From an uncultured Prevotellaceae bacterium (GTDB lineage: Bacteria > Bacteroidota > Bacteroidia > Bacteroidales > Muribaculaceae), in contig ONIY01000004.1 in assembly GCA_900318065.1 (NCBI GenBank), positions 41,721-105,720 on the forward strand: a DNA stretch of 64,000 nt, given 5' to 3'. The translations under genes and the position numbers were made by a program. Below the pieces are notes generated by a model that saw only the letters and a list, made by a program, of their open reading frames with translations, had not been told where the DNA came from and ran no database searches. This document shows positions 19,310 to 28,818 of this stretch, piece after piece. Position 1 is the first letter of the stretch. Each line of letters starts with the position of its first letter.

Positions 19310-20026
19310 ATGAAAGAAATACACATCATAACACCAGTAAAAGACTCTATCGACACCACAATAGAAACGGTGGAGTCGATAATGTCATCGCAGTTGAGCT
19401 GGCCGCATTCCTATACCATATATAACGACAACTCTACCCCCGAGAACACATTGCGTCTCAAAGAGCAGGCGAGAGTGAAGAAGTTTAATCTCATTAATCT
19501 GAGTGACTTGACTTCAACTCCGTCTCCAAATTACAGGATAGTGCTTCAGGATGCTCAAAAAAGGGCATTGGAGGCCAATGCTGGATTGCTTATTGTTGAA
19601 AGCGATGTGATTGTAGCCCCCGACACTCTTGAGCGACTCGCCAACGCAAGTCTTGAGTTGCCCAATTGTGGCATTGCTGCCGCTGTTACGGTCGATGATA
19701 ATGGGGAAATCAACTACCCTTACCTTCATGCTCGGGGTAAAGAAAATCAGGTCATTGAAACTCGAAAGCATTGCAGCTTCTGTTGCACCCTGCTTACGCC
19801 TGAGTTGCTTAAGGCATTTGATTTTGGCCAACTAAATCCCAAGAAGCATTGGTATGATGTTACTATTTCCCATATGTCTCTTACGTTAGGATTGAAAAAT
19901 TATCTTTTTACCAATCTTCCTGTTGTGCATCATCCACATTCCAGCCGTCCACACAAGCTGCTAAAGTATAAGAACCCTTTGAAATATTACTGGCTCAAAT
20001 ACACTCGAGGTTTGGATAAAATTTAA
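19310..20026 (+). CDS. GT-A fold glycosyltransferase
   Basis: IITPVKDS, IYNDNS, IVESDVIV motifs. Confidence 0.75.
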   Translation: MKEIHIITPVKDSIDTTIETVESIMSSQLSWPHSYTIYNDNSTPENTLRLKEQARVKKFNLINLSDLTSTPSPNYRIVLQDAQKRALEANAGLLIVESDVIVAPDTLERLANASLELPNCGIAAAVTVDDNGEINYPYLHARGKENQVIETRKHCSFCCTLLTPELLKAFDFGQLNPKKHWYDVTISHMSLTLGLKNYLFTNLPVVHHPHSSRPHKLLKYKNPLKYYWLKYTRGLDKI

Positions 20027-20035
20027 TTCAGCAAC

Positions 20036-21091
20036 ATGGAAAAATATGATAATAAAGTACTGAAAACAGTTCTCATCACCCACTTCTCGGCTCTGGGCGA
20101 TGTGGCGATGGCTATTCCCATCGTCTACCCGGTGTGTGTCGCCAATCCCAAGGTGAATTTTGTGCTTGCCACATGCCAGGCGCCCGCTACAATGTTTGTC
20201 AACCGCCCCTCTAACCTCACTGTCCTGGGGGTAGACCTCGACAAGTACAAGATGTTGTGTGGACCTGGGCGGCTGGCACGCAACCTGCAGCACCGCTATA
20301 ACTTCGACGCCATGGCCGACCTTCACAGCACGTTGCGCACATGGCTCATGAAACGGTCGCTCAAGCGCCGTGGGGTGACGGTGGCAACTATCGACAAGGG
20401 AAGCAGCGAGAAGAAACTGCTCACTAGCGTCAAGAGCCGCACCCCAGTGACGACCATTCACGAGCGCTACAGGAATGTGTTCCGACAGCTGGGGCTGAAG
20501 ACGGGCGAGGAGTTCAACTCTATCATTGACTATGGCGGTGAGATCGATAGTCCCATGGTGCCTGTCAAGGCCGCCGGCGAGCGATGGATTGCCATTGCGC
20601 CATTCTCGCAGCACAAGGGGAAAGTCTACCCGCTGGAGCAGATGCGGCTTGTGATTGCCTCGCTGTCGACAATGGAGAATTGCCACATCTTCCTCTTTGG
20701 AGGAGGCAAGGAGGAGCGTGAGGCGCTCGACCCCATCATGAGGCGCTACAGCAATGTGACGTCGGTGGTGCACATCAAGCACTCCCTTGCCGACGAACTC
20801 GCCCTCATGAGACATTGCAACGTGATGGTGACGATGGACTCGGCCAACATGCACCTGGCATCGCTCGTGGCATTGCCGGTGGTGAGCGTGTGGGGCGCTA
20901 CTCATCCGTCATGCGGGTTCATGGGCTGGCATCAGGCAATGCGCGACACGGTGCGGCTCGAGCTCGAGTGCCGCCCATGCTCGGTCTATGGCAACAAGAA
21001 GTGCCGCTACGGCGACTACCACTGCATGCGCGACATCAGTCCCGAATTGATTATCAACAAAGTAAAAAAAGTTCTTCAACGCAATGACTAA
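20036..21091 (+). CDS. GT9 (heptosyltransferase-like) glycosyltransferase
   Basis: SALGDVAM, DLH, TMDSANMHLAS, VSVWGATHP motifs. Confidence 0.9.
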   Translation: MEKYDNKVLKTVLITHFSALGDVAMAIPIVYPVCVANPKVNFVLATCQAPATMFVNRPSNLTVLGVDLDKYKMLCGPGRLARNLQHRYNFDAMADLHSTLRTWLMKRSLKRRGVTVATIDKGSSEKKLLTSVKSRTPVTTIHERYRNVFRQLGLKTGEEFNSIIDYGGEIDSPMVPVKAAGERWIAIAPFSQHKGKVYPLEQMRLVIASLSTMENCHIFLFGGGKEEREALDPIMRRYSNVTSVVHIKHSLADELALMRHCNVMVTMDSANMHLASLVALPVVSVWGATHPSCGFMGWHQAMRDTVRLELECRPCSVYGNKKCRYGDYHCMRDISPELIINKVKKVLQRND

Positions 21092-22094
21092 GAAAATACT
21101 CATTACAGGAGCAGGTGGCTTCATTGGGGGCTACCTCGTGGAAGAAGCGCTAAAGCGTGGCTACGAGACATGGGCTGCCGTGCGTGAGACCACCAGCCGC
21201 AAGTTCCTTACCGACGAGCGCATCCACTTCATCGTCCTCGACTTCACCAGAGACGAGGCACTAAACACCGCTCTCAAGAACCACATCCAGGAGCATGGCA
21301 AGTGGGACTATGTGGTGCATAACCTGGGACTTACCAAGGCAACCAACTATCTCGACTTTGAGACGGTGAACTATGGCTACCTGCGGGCGATGGTCGACAA
21401 CCTCAAGCAGCTCGACGCTGTGCCACAGGTGTTCTTGATGATGAGCAGCCTGAGCGTGATGGGACCTGGCGACGAGGTGAATTATGCCCCGTTCAAGAGC
21501 GACGACGTGCCAGTGCCCAACACCCGCTATGGCGTGTCGAAACTCAAGGGCGAGAGCTACCTGCTCATGCAGAGCGACTTCCCCTACACCATTTTCCGTT
21601 GTACAGGGGTCTACGGTCCCCACGAGCGCGACTATTTCTTGATGATGAAGAGCATAAAGCGCGGGTTTGACTTTAGCGTGGGCTTCAAGAAGCAGATGCT
21701 CACGTTCATCTATGTCAAGGACCTGGCGCGCGGCGTGATCGACGCTCTCGAGGCAGGACCCAAGCGCAAGGCCTATTTCATTAGCGAGGACCGCAGCTAC
21801 ACGCAGCAGGAGTTCCGCAAGATTGTGTGCGACGAACTGGGGAAAAAGATGGTGATACCAGTCACTTGTCCGCTATGGCTGGTGAAGATTGTGTGCCATG
21901 TGGCAGAGTTCTTTGGAAAAGTCACGGGCAAACCCAGCACTCTCAACCCCGACAAGTTCCGCATCCTCAAGCAGCGCAACTGGCTGTGCGACACCAGCGA
22001 TGCCGAGCGTGACCTGGGCTTCAAGGCGCAATACGACCTCAAGCAAGGCATCCACGAAGCAATACAGTGGTACAAATCAGCCGGCTGGCTGTAG
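21084..22094 (+). CDS. NAD-dependent epimerase/dehydratase
   Basis: ITGAGGFIG, SSLS, YGVSK (YxxxK) motifs. Confidence 0.9.
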   Translation: MTKKILITGAGGFIGGYLVEEALKRGYETWAAVRETTSRKFLTDERIHFIVLDFTRDEALNTALKNHIQEHGKWDYVVHNLGLTKATNYLDFETVNYGYLRAMVDNLKQLDAVPQVFLMMSSLSVMGPGDEVNYAPFKSDDVPVPNTRYGVSKLKGESYLLMQSDFPYTIFRCTGVYGPHERDYFLMMKSIKRGFDFSVGFKKQMLTFIYVKDLARGVIDALEAGPKRKAYFISEDRSYTQQEFRKIVCDELGKKMVIPVTCPLWLVKIVCHVAEFFGKVTGKPSTLNPDKFRILKQRNWLCDTSDAERDLGFKAQYDLKQGIHEAIQWYKSAGWL

Positions 22095-22372
22095 GTTAAA
22101 AGGTAAAAGGTGAGAGGTGAGAGGGAAGTGGTGAGAGGTGAGAGGTGAGAGGTGAGAGGGAAGTGGTGAGAGGTGAGAGGTGAGAGGTGAGAGGGAAGAG
22201 GGCTCGAATGCTCGATCGTTCGAATGCTCGAGCTCTCGATTGCTCGAAAACTCGATTTCCCATCCCCGATCCTCGATCCCCGATCCCCGCGCCGTAGGCG
22301 CCACGTTCCACATTCCACGTTCCCCGCGCCGCAAGGCGCTAACTTAACACTTAAAACTTAACCCTTAACCCT
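22095..22372. repeat. Composite short tandem repeat element between convergent genes
   Basis: (AGGTGAG)n, (TGCTCGA.)n, (CCCCGAT)n, CGCGCCGTAGGCG, (TTCCACG)n, CGCGCCGCAAGGCG, (TTAACAC)n. Confidence 0.88.
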
Positions 22373-22374
22373 TA

Positions 22375-23406
22375 CTATCTTGTTTCTTCCCTCAGCGTGT
22401 AGCTGTTGCGTTGTTGCTCAAAGGTCTCTGGCGATGCTTTGAGGCGGGCGGTGTCGGCTAGTGGGTTGTAGCTCTCGAGAATGGATTGTGCTGTCACCAC
22501 GCTGGCGCCCTTGAGGGGTGTGGAGGCCTGCTGGGGCGTGATGTGCCAGCCATAGCGACGGTTCAGCGCCTCAACAATCATCGCTGTGCCACGTTGTTTG
22601 CCCTGAAGGCTGTAGCCGGCAATGTGGGGCGTTGCCACCATTGCTTTGTTTAGAAGATTGCGGTTGATGCTGGGTTCTCCCTCCCAGCAGTCGAGCGCCA
22701 GGTCGCCGTGCCATTGCAGCAGGGCCTCGTTGTCGCACACCGCGCCACGGGCGGCGTTGATGATGAGCTTGCAGCGCTGCATGCCATCGAGGAAACTCTT
22801 GTCACACAGGTGCCATGTGGGGTATTTGCCCTCACGGGTGAGTGGCGTGTGAAAGGTGATGATGTCGCACTCGCGTTGGAGCAAGGTGAGAGGTGAGAGG
22901 TGAGAGGGGAGAGGTGAGAGGGGAGAGGTGAGAGGGGAGTGGTGTGCGTTTTCCTCGGCAAGTGGAGGGTCGTTGAGCAGCACGCGGTAGCCCAGCTGGC
23001 GTGCCCAGCGTGCCACGATGCTTCCCACGTGGCCCACGCCCACGATGCCCAGCGTGAGCGGCTGCTTAATGTTGCGCGCTTGCGCCCATTGCAGTATCGA
23101 GGCATGAACCCATTGCGCCACCGCCGGGGCATTGCAGCCGGGTGCGTTCTCCACCGCTATGCCATGATGGCGGCAGTAGTCCAGGTCGATATGGTCCATC
23201 CCAATGGTTGCGGTGCCAATGAATTCCACCTTCGAGCCCTCGAGCAACGCTCGGTCGCAGCGGGTGCGGGTGCGTGTGAGCAGCACCTGTGCATCGCGCA
23301 CGGTGGCGTTGTCTATCTCGCCACCAGGCACATAGGCAACCTCTTGAGCCACAGGCTCAAGTAGTCCTTTCAGGTAGGGGATTTTGCTGTCGGCAACAAT
23401 TTTCAT
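22375..23406 (-). CDS. pdxB: 4-phosphoerythronate dehydrogenase
   Basis: MKIVADSKIPY start, ATIGMDHID, NAPGCNA, GIVGVGHVG, HTPLT, TPHIAGYSLQGK. Start set at ATG 23406 (1-bp overlap with the upstream stop). Confidence 0.93.
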   Translation of the reverse strand: MKIVADSKIPYLKGLLEPVAQEVAYVPGGEIDNATVRDAQVLLTRTRTRCDRALLEGSKVEFIGTATIGMDHIDLDYCRHHGIAVENAPGCNAPAVAQWVHASILQWAQARNIKQPLTLGIVGVGHVGSIVARWARQLGYRVLLNDPPLAEENAHHSPLTSPLSPLPSHLSPLTLLQRECDIITFHTPLTREGKYPTWHLCDKSFLDGMQRCKLIINAARGAVCDNEALLQWHGDLALDCWEGEPSINRNLLNKAMVATPHIAGYSLQGKQRGTAMIVEALNRRYGWHITPQQASTPLKGASVVTAQSILESYNPLADTARLKASPETFEQQRNSYTLREETR

Positions 23407-24395
23407 CAGGCAATAACCATTGCAATGATATAAGCCACGAGCATTGCCACCATGAGCCACATGGTCACGGGTTGGCGTGTCTCATGGGGAGTGATGACAT
23501 ACCAGTGCCCATACTGAATCGCGGCACACAGGTTGAGCAGCGGCATGTAGATGAGGAAGTCGTTGTAGTCAATCGCCATCATCAGCACCACAAATACCGA
23601 CAGGGCTACGAAGAAGTTGTTGTAGGCGCGCACGTGCACACTGTAGTTGAGCATAGTCTTGAAATTGCTCACCGTGAGCAAGACAGTGAGCACCACTGTG
23701 GTGATTGCGATGGTAATGGCCCAGCCACGGGCGGCAAAGGCGGGGGTGCTCTCCCACACCTGCGAGAGCTCGGGAGCCTGGAAGGCACTCAGCGACTCCA
23801 GCCCGGTGCCCAGCACTATCCAGTAGGGCGTCAAGATGCCAAACAAGATGGCAAAGACACCACGCACGTCGAGCACGCGCATGTAGGCAAAGCCCAGGAT
23901 ATATAGCGGGAAGAGCAGGAAGAACACATAGTGATAGATGGTGAAGAACGACAGTAGCGCCATCACCAGGAAGATGCCTTGCGACGCACCGCCGCGCTTG
24001 CCATATTGCTCAAACATGAAGAACAGCGTCACCACTACCACCAGGCACAGCGCAGTGCCGGCAAAGAAGCGGGTGCTCAAGAACGGGTTGATGCCCTGCA
24101 GTAGCACAAACACCGCCGCAAACACGAAGCAGTTGTAGGTCTTGATGTAGCGGAACATGATGTTGAGGGTGACAAGCAGCACGCCTATCACCACATTGGC
24201 AACCACTGCCACGAAGCACGACGTGTCGCTGCTCTCTATCCATGTGGCGATGTTGTGAAACGTGCCATAGCCACGCTGCGGCACCACAAAGTTGCCACTG
24301 GCTATCACCGAGAACACCACAAGCAGCAATATCGCCAGCCCAAAGAACCCGCGATTATTGAAATAGTCTACTATGTAACTGCCTTTCTTTGCCAT
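23406..24395 (-). CDS. Hypothetical polytopic membrane protein
   Basis: 329 aa with many hydrophobic helices; translationally coupled to pdxB. Confidence 0.75.
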   Translation of the reverse strand: MAKKGSYIVDYFNNRGFFGLAILLLVVFSVIASGNFVVPQRGYGTFHNIATWIESSDTSCFVAVVANVVIGVLLVTLNIMFRYIKTYNCFVFAAVFVLLQGINPFLSTRFFAGTALCLVVVVTLFFMFEQYGKRGGASQGIFLVMALLSFFTIYHYVFFLLFPLYILGFAYMRVLDVRGVFAILFGILTPYWIVLGTGLESLSAFQAPELSQVWESTPAFAARGWAITIAITTVVLTVLLTVSNFKTMLNYSVHVRAYNNFFVALSVFVVLMMAIDYNDFLIYMPLLNLCAAIQYGHWYVITPHETRQPVTMWLMVAMLVAYIIAMVIA

Positions 24396-24409
24396 GTTTT
24401 TTTAGTTGA

Positions 24410-24638
24410 GAGGATGGGGGATGGGGGATCGAGGATCGAGGATCGGGGATGGGGGATCGAGCGGTTGAGCAATCGAGTTTTCGAGCAATCGAGTTCTCGA
24501 GCGGTCGAGCAATCGAGTTCTTGAGCAATCGATGTTGAGATTGAGATGAGCAACTTCGTCCTTTGTCCTTCGTCCTTTGTCCTTTGTCCTTTGTCCTTCG
24601 TCCTTCCACGTTCCACGTTTCACGCGCCGCAGGCGCAC
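24410..24638. repeat. Composite short tandem repeat element
   Basis: (GGATCGA/GGATGGG)n, (TCGAGCAA)n, (CTTTGTC/CTTCGTC)n, (TTCCACG)n, CGCGCCGCAGGCG. Confidence 0.85.
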
Positions 24639-26219
24639 TTAATCATCGTTTTCCTCGGTTGTGGCGTCGCGGCGTTTCCAGCCGTTGCGGCGGCCCTTGA
24701 AGAGGGGGCGCTCCTTGTCGGCTCCCAGGCGTGGGCCGTGGAACGAGAAGGTGTGGCGGCGGTCGCCATCCTTGCCCTTGCGGTCGCCATAGGGGCGCTC
24801 GGTGCGATAGGTGCGCACGTCTTTGTCGTCATCCTTGCGCAAGGGGTTGGTGCCACGGTCGCCGTCGCGCTTGCCGCGCATGGGGTTAGTGCCACGGTCA
24901 CGGTCGCCGTCGCGGCGCTTGCCACGGGCGTCGTCACGTTTTTTGGGTCCTCCCTCGCGGCGTTCCTCGCGCTTGAACTCACGTCGAGGCTCGTCCTTCT
25001 TGTCGCGGCGCTCGTAGGTGGGCTTGTCGCTGGCGCGGAAGCCAGTGTTCTTGATTGTCCCACCCTTGCGGCGCATGTCGTCGAAGCTGCCGTCAAATAT
25101 CATGTATTCACGCAGTTCGCACTCGATGTCGCCATTGAGCAGCGGGTAGTGCAGCGAAGCCTTCAGGCCCAGGTTGTCGATAAGTTCCTTGTTGCTGCCC
25201 ACTATGAGCCAGCAGTCGTAGCCGGTGAACACCTTCTTGAGTTTGTCGCCCAGCGTCTTGTAGAGCATGGGCAACTCGTCGCTTGTAAGGCGCTCGCCAT
25301 AGAGCGGATTGGTCACTAGCACGCCTTTCTCGGGCGCTGAGTCCACTTCCTCGATGGGCTTGCGCTCCACTTCTATATATTGCGAAAGGCCGGCATTCTT
25401 GATGTTGGCATTGCTGATTGCCACAGCCTTGCCCAGGATGTCGTAGCCATAGATCTTATGGTTGAATTCACGCTCGTTGCTGTCGTCGTTGTAGATGGAG
25501 TCGTAGAGGTCGGCGTCATAGTCGGGCCAGTTCTGGAAGGCGAAGCCCTTGCGATACACGCCGGGGTTGATATTGGTGGCTATCAGCGCAGCCTCTATTA
25601 GGAAGGTGCCCGAGCCACACATGGGGTCAACGAAGTTGCACTCGCCATCCCAGCCGCTCAGTTTGATGATGCCTGCCGCCAGCACCTCGTTGATGGGTGC
25701 CTCGGTCTGTGCCACGCGCCATCCGCGCTTGTAGAGCGGTTCTCCCGACGAGTCGAGCGAGATTGTCACTTCCTTGCCATTGATGTGAACGTTAAACTGG
25801 TAGTCGGCACTGTTGAGCCTTATCGACGGCCGCTTGCCGCAGCGTTCCATGAAATAGTCGGCTATGCCGTCCTTCACGCGGTAGGTCACAAAGCGCGAGT
25901 GGCGGAAGGTGTCGCTGTTGACGGTGCAGTCGATGGCAAAGGTGTTGCCCTCGCTCATGATGTCTTCCCAGTGAAACTGCTTCACTTGCTCATAGAGGTC
26001 GTCGGCGTCGGTAGAGGTGAATTTATAGAAAGGCTTCAGCACGCGCAGTGCGGTGCGGAGGCAGAAGTTTGCCCGGTACATCATCTCTTTGTCACCCTGG
26101 AACGACACCATTCGCCGTCCCTGTTTCACCTCCTGAGCACCTAGTGCCACAAGTTCGTCGCTAAGCACTCCCTCCAGCCCTTGGAAGGTCTTCGCAACCA
26201 TTTCAAAAGTCTCGCTCAT
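24639..26219 (-). CDS. THUMP-domain RNA methyltransferase (RlmL-like) with charged C-terminal tail
   Basis: THUMP region, APINEVLAAG, DPMCGSGTFLIEAA, NPLYGER. Confidence 0.9.
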   Translation of the reverse strand: MSETFEMVAKTFQGLEGVLSDELVALGAQEVKQGRRMVSFQGDKEMMYRANFCLRTALRVLKPFYKFTSTDADDLYEQVKQFHWEDIMSEGNTFAIDCTVNSDTFRHSRFVTYRVKDGIADYFMERCGKRPSIRLNSADYQFNVHINGKEVTISLDSSGEPLYKRGWRVAQTEAPINEVLAAGIIKLSGWDGECNFVDPMCGSGTFLIEAALIATNINPGVYRKGFAFQNWPDYDADLYDSIYNDDSNEREFNHKIYGYDILGKAVAISNANIKNAGLSQYIEVERKPIEEVDSAPEKGVLVTNPLYGERLTSDELPMLYKTLGDKLKKVFTGYDCWLIVGSNKELIDNLGLKASLHYPLLNGDIECELREYMIFDGSFDDMRRKGGTIKNTGFRASDKPTYERRDKKDEPRREFKREERREGGPKKRDDARGKRRDGDRDRGTNPMRGKRDGDRGTNPLRKDDDKDVRTYRTERPYGDRKGKDGDRRHTFSFHGPRLGADKERPLFKGRRNGWKRRDATTEENDD

Positions 26220-26324
26220 AATTGTCTCAATATGTTTTTAATTATTTCACTACATGTGTGAAATTCGAGTGCAAAGGTACTAAATAGTTTTCAGTTATCG
26301 GTAATAGCTCACCACATTTTTTGG

Positions 26325-26525
26325 TTTTCTTGGTTTATAGTTGATAGTTTATGGTTTATGGTTTATGGAAGGCAAGTTTGGTTTATTGTTGATAGTTTAT
26401 GGTTTATGGAAGGAAGAGGCGAGACCAGAGGCACGGCAGTCTCACAATCGGTCGGTAGGTCGCAAGGCACCGCCTTGCGAAAAAAAACTGAAAACTGAAA
26501 ACTGACCACTGATAACTGATAACTC
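26325..26525. repeat. Heptamer arrays upstream of metG
   Basis: (GTTTATG/GTTTATA)n and (ACTGAAA/ACTGATA)n; TACCTTTG -7 box follows at 26538-26545. Confidence 0.75.
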
Positions 26526-26577
26526 AAAACTTTTTCCTACCTTTGCAAAAAATTTCAGTTTAATAGAGTAATAACTT

Positions 26578-28629
26578 ATGTTTATGGAAAAACAGAAACA
26601 CTATGCACGCACTCTCGTGACCACCGCCTTGCCCTATGCCAATGGCCCTGTGCACATTGGACACCTGGCAGGAGTTTATGTACCCGCCGACATCTACGTC
26701 CGCTACCTGCGCCTCAAGGGCGAGGACGTGCTCATGATAGGCGGCAGCGATGAGCATGGAGTGCCCATTACCATCAAGGCACAAAAGGAAGGTGTTACAC
26801 CTCAAGACATTGTAGACCGCTACCACAAGATAATAAAAGAGTCGATGGCAGGGCTCGGAATCTCGTTTGACGTCTATGGGCGCACCACCAGCGAGATGCA
26901 CCGCCACACCGCCAGCGACTTCTTCAAGAAGCTATACGACAAGGGCGAGTTCATCGAGAAGATGAGCAAGCAGTTCTATGACGAGGAGGCCAACCAGTGG
27001 CTCGCCGACCGATACATCACCGGCACCTGCCCACATTGCGGCAACGACGGTGCCTATGGCGACCAGTGCGAGGCGTGCGGCACCTCGCTCAACGCCACCG
27101 ACCTCATCAACCCCCGCAGCGCCATCACCGGCAACGTGCCTGTGCTCAAGGAGACGAAGCACTGGTACATGCCGCTCGACAAGTGGGAGCCACGCCTGCG
27201 ACAGTGGATTCTCGAGGAGCACAAGGAGTGGAAGACCAACGTCTACGGCCAGTGCAAGTCGTGGCTCGACGGTGGCTTGCAGCCACGCGCCGTAACCCGC
27301 GACCTCAACTGGGGCATCCCCGTGCCCATCGAGGGCGCTGAGGGCAAGGTGCTATATGTGTGGTTTGATGCTCCCATAGGCTACATCAGCAACACCAAGG
27401 AGCTGCGTCCCGACGACTGGGAGAAGTACTGGAAGTCGCCCGACACGCGCATCATCCACTTCATTGGCAAGGACAACATCGTGTTCCACTGCCTCATCTT
27501 CCCCGCTATGCTCATGGCCGAGGGGTCTTATCAGCTCGCCGAGAATGTGCCTGCCAACGAGTTCCTCAACCTCGAGGGCGACAAGATTTCTACCAGCCGC
27601 AACTGGGCTGTGTGGCTCAACGAGTACCTCGAGGACTTCCCTGGCAAGCAGGACGTGCTGCGCTACGTGCTCACCGCCAATGCCCCCGAGACTAAGGATA
27701 ACGACTTCACCTGGAAGGATTTCCAGGACCGCAACAACAACGAGCTGGTGGCCATCCTGGGCAACTTCGTGAACCGCGCCATCGTGCTCACCAATAAATA
27801 CTTCGATGGCGTTATTCCCCAGGCTCACGAGCTCACCAGCTACGACCGCGACACCATCGAGGAGTTTAAGGGCGTGAAAGACGACCTGAGCCAGGCTCTC
27901 GACACGTTCCACTTCCGCGCCGCTCTCGCCGAGGCGATGAAGCTGGCTCGCATAGGCAACAAGTATCTTGCCGACACCGAGCCATGGAAGCTCGCCAAGA
28001 CCGACATGATACGCGTGGAGACAATCATGAACATTGCCCTGCAAATCACTGCCAACCTCGCCATCGCCTTTGAGCCGTTCCTCCCCTTCAGCGCCGAGAA
28101 ACTGCGCAAGATGATCAACCTCGACCATGCCGACTGGAACAAGTTGGGCTCAATCGACATCCTCAAGGCGGGCGACCGAGTGGAGAAACCCGAACTGCTC
28201 TTCGAGAAAATCGATGATGAGACCATAAAGATTCAAACCGACCGCCTCGAGCGCATCAAGCAGGAGAACATCCTCAAGAACTTCAAGCCCAAGGCTGTGG
28301 CGCCCACGGTGGCGTTCGACGACTTCCAGAAGCTCGACATCCGCGTGGGCAAGGTGCTCGCCTGTGAGAAGGTGAAGAAGGCCGACAAGCTCCTCAAGTT
28401 CACCATCGACGACGGACTGAAGGGACGCACCATCGTCTCGGGCATCGCCAAGTTCTACAACCCCGAGGACCTCGTGGGCAAGGATGTGTGCTTTATCGCC
28501 AACTTCGCGCCACGCACGCTCAAGGGCATTGAGTCGCAGGGAATGATTCTGAGCGCCGAGGATGCCGACGGACGGCTGGTAGTAATAGGCCCCCACGGAG
28601 AAGTGCGCCCAGGCGTTCAGGTGGGATAA
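26578..28629 (+). CDS. metG: Methionine--tRNA ligase
   Basis: [13 protein letters not shown], zinc knuckle CPHC..CEAC, KISTS, C-terminal tRNA-binding domain. Confidence 0.98.
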   Translation: MFMEKQKHYARTLVTTALPYANGPVHIGHLAGVYVPADIYVRYLRLKGEDVLMIGGSDEHGVPITIKAQKEGVTPQDIVDRYHKIIKESMAGLGISFDVYGRTTSEMHRHTASDFFKKLYDKGEFIEKMSKQFYDEEANQWLADRYITGTCPHCGNDGAYGDQCEACGTSLNATDLINPRSAITGNVPVLKETKHWYMPLDKWEPRLRQWILEEHKEWKTNVYGQCKSWLDGGLQPRAVTRDLNWGIPVPIEGAEGKVLYVWFDAPIGYISNTKELRPDDWEKYWKSPDTRIIHFIGKDNIVFHCLIFPAMLMAEGSYQLAENVPANEFLNLEGDKISTSRNWAVWLNEYLEDFPGKQDVLRYVLTANAPETKDNDFTWKDFQDRNNNELVAILGNFVNRAIVLTNKYFDGVIPQAHELTSYDRDTIEEFKGVKDDLSQALDTFHFRAALAEAMKLARIGNKYLADTEPWKLAKTDMIRVETIMNIALQITANLAIAFEPFLPFSAEKLRKMINLDHADWNKLGSIDILKAGDRVEKPELLFEKIDDETIKIQTDRLERIKQENILKNFKPKAVAPTVAFDDFQKLDIRVGKVLACEKVKKADKLLKFTIDDGLKGRTIVSGIAKFYNPEDLVGKDVCFIANFAPRTLKGIESQGMILSAEDADGRLVVIGPHGEVRPGVQVG

Positions 28630-28759
28630 TCCACATTCTTGATTTTAGCATTACAACCCCAGGGAATAATCTCGTAGAGAGGCTCTCCCTGGGGTTTGTT
28701 GCATTCTGGCTTACTTTTCTTTGTCACCCCAGTGGGGGACTCCCTTGATTAACTGGACT

Positions 28760-28793
28760 AAAAAATGCACCCGCATGGTGCGGATGCATTTTT
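28760..28793 (-). terminator. Intrinsic terminator
   Basis: AAAAAATGCACCCGCA...TGCGGATGCATTTTT hairpin after the adhesin-like gene. Confidence 0.75.
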
Positions 28794-28818
28794 AAAGTTT
28801 AACGTGCAAGTAAGTCAA

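Noticed and set aside
21797-22334. ORFs encoding SPLTSHL / GSGIGDR repeats (also 24355-24638, 39148-39441, 45926-46087, 54336-54621)
   Set aside because: Translations of tandem-repeat DNA, not credible genes.
22095-22372. CRISPR array (also considered for the other repeat regions)
   Set aside because: Units are contiguous 7-9-mers without unique spacers, and no cas genes are present.
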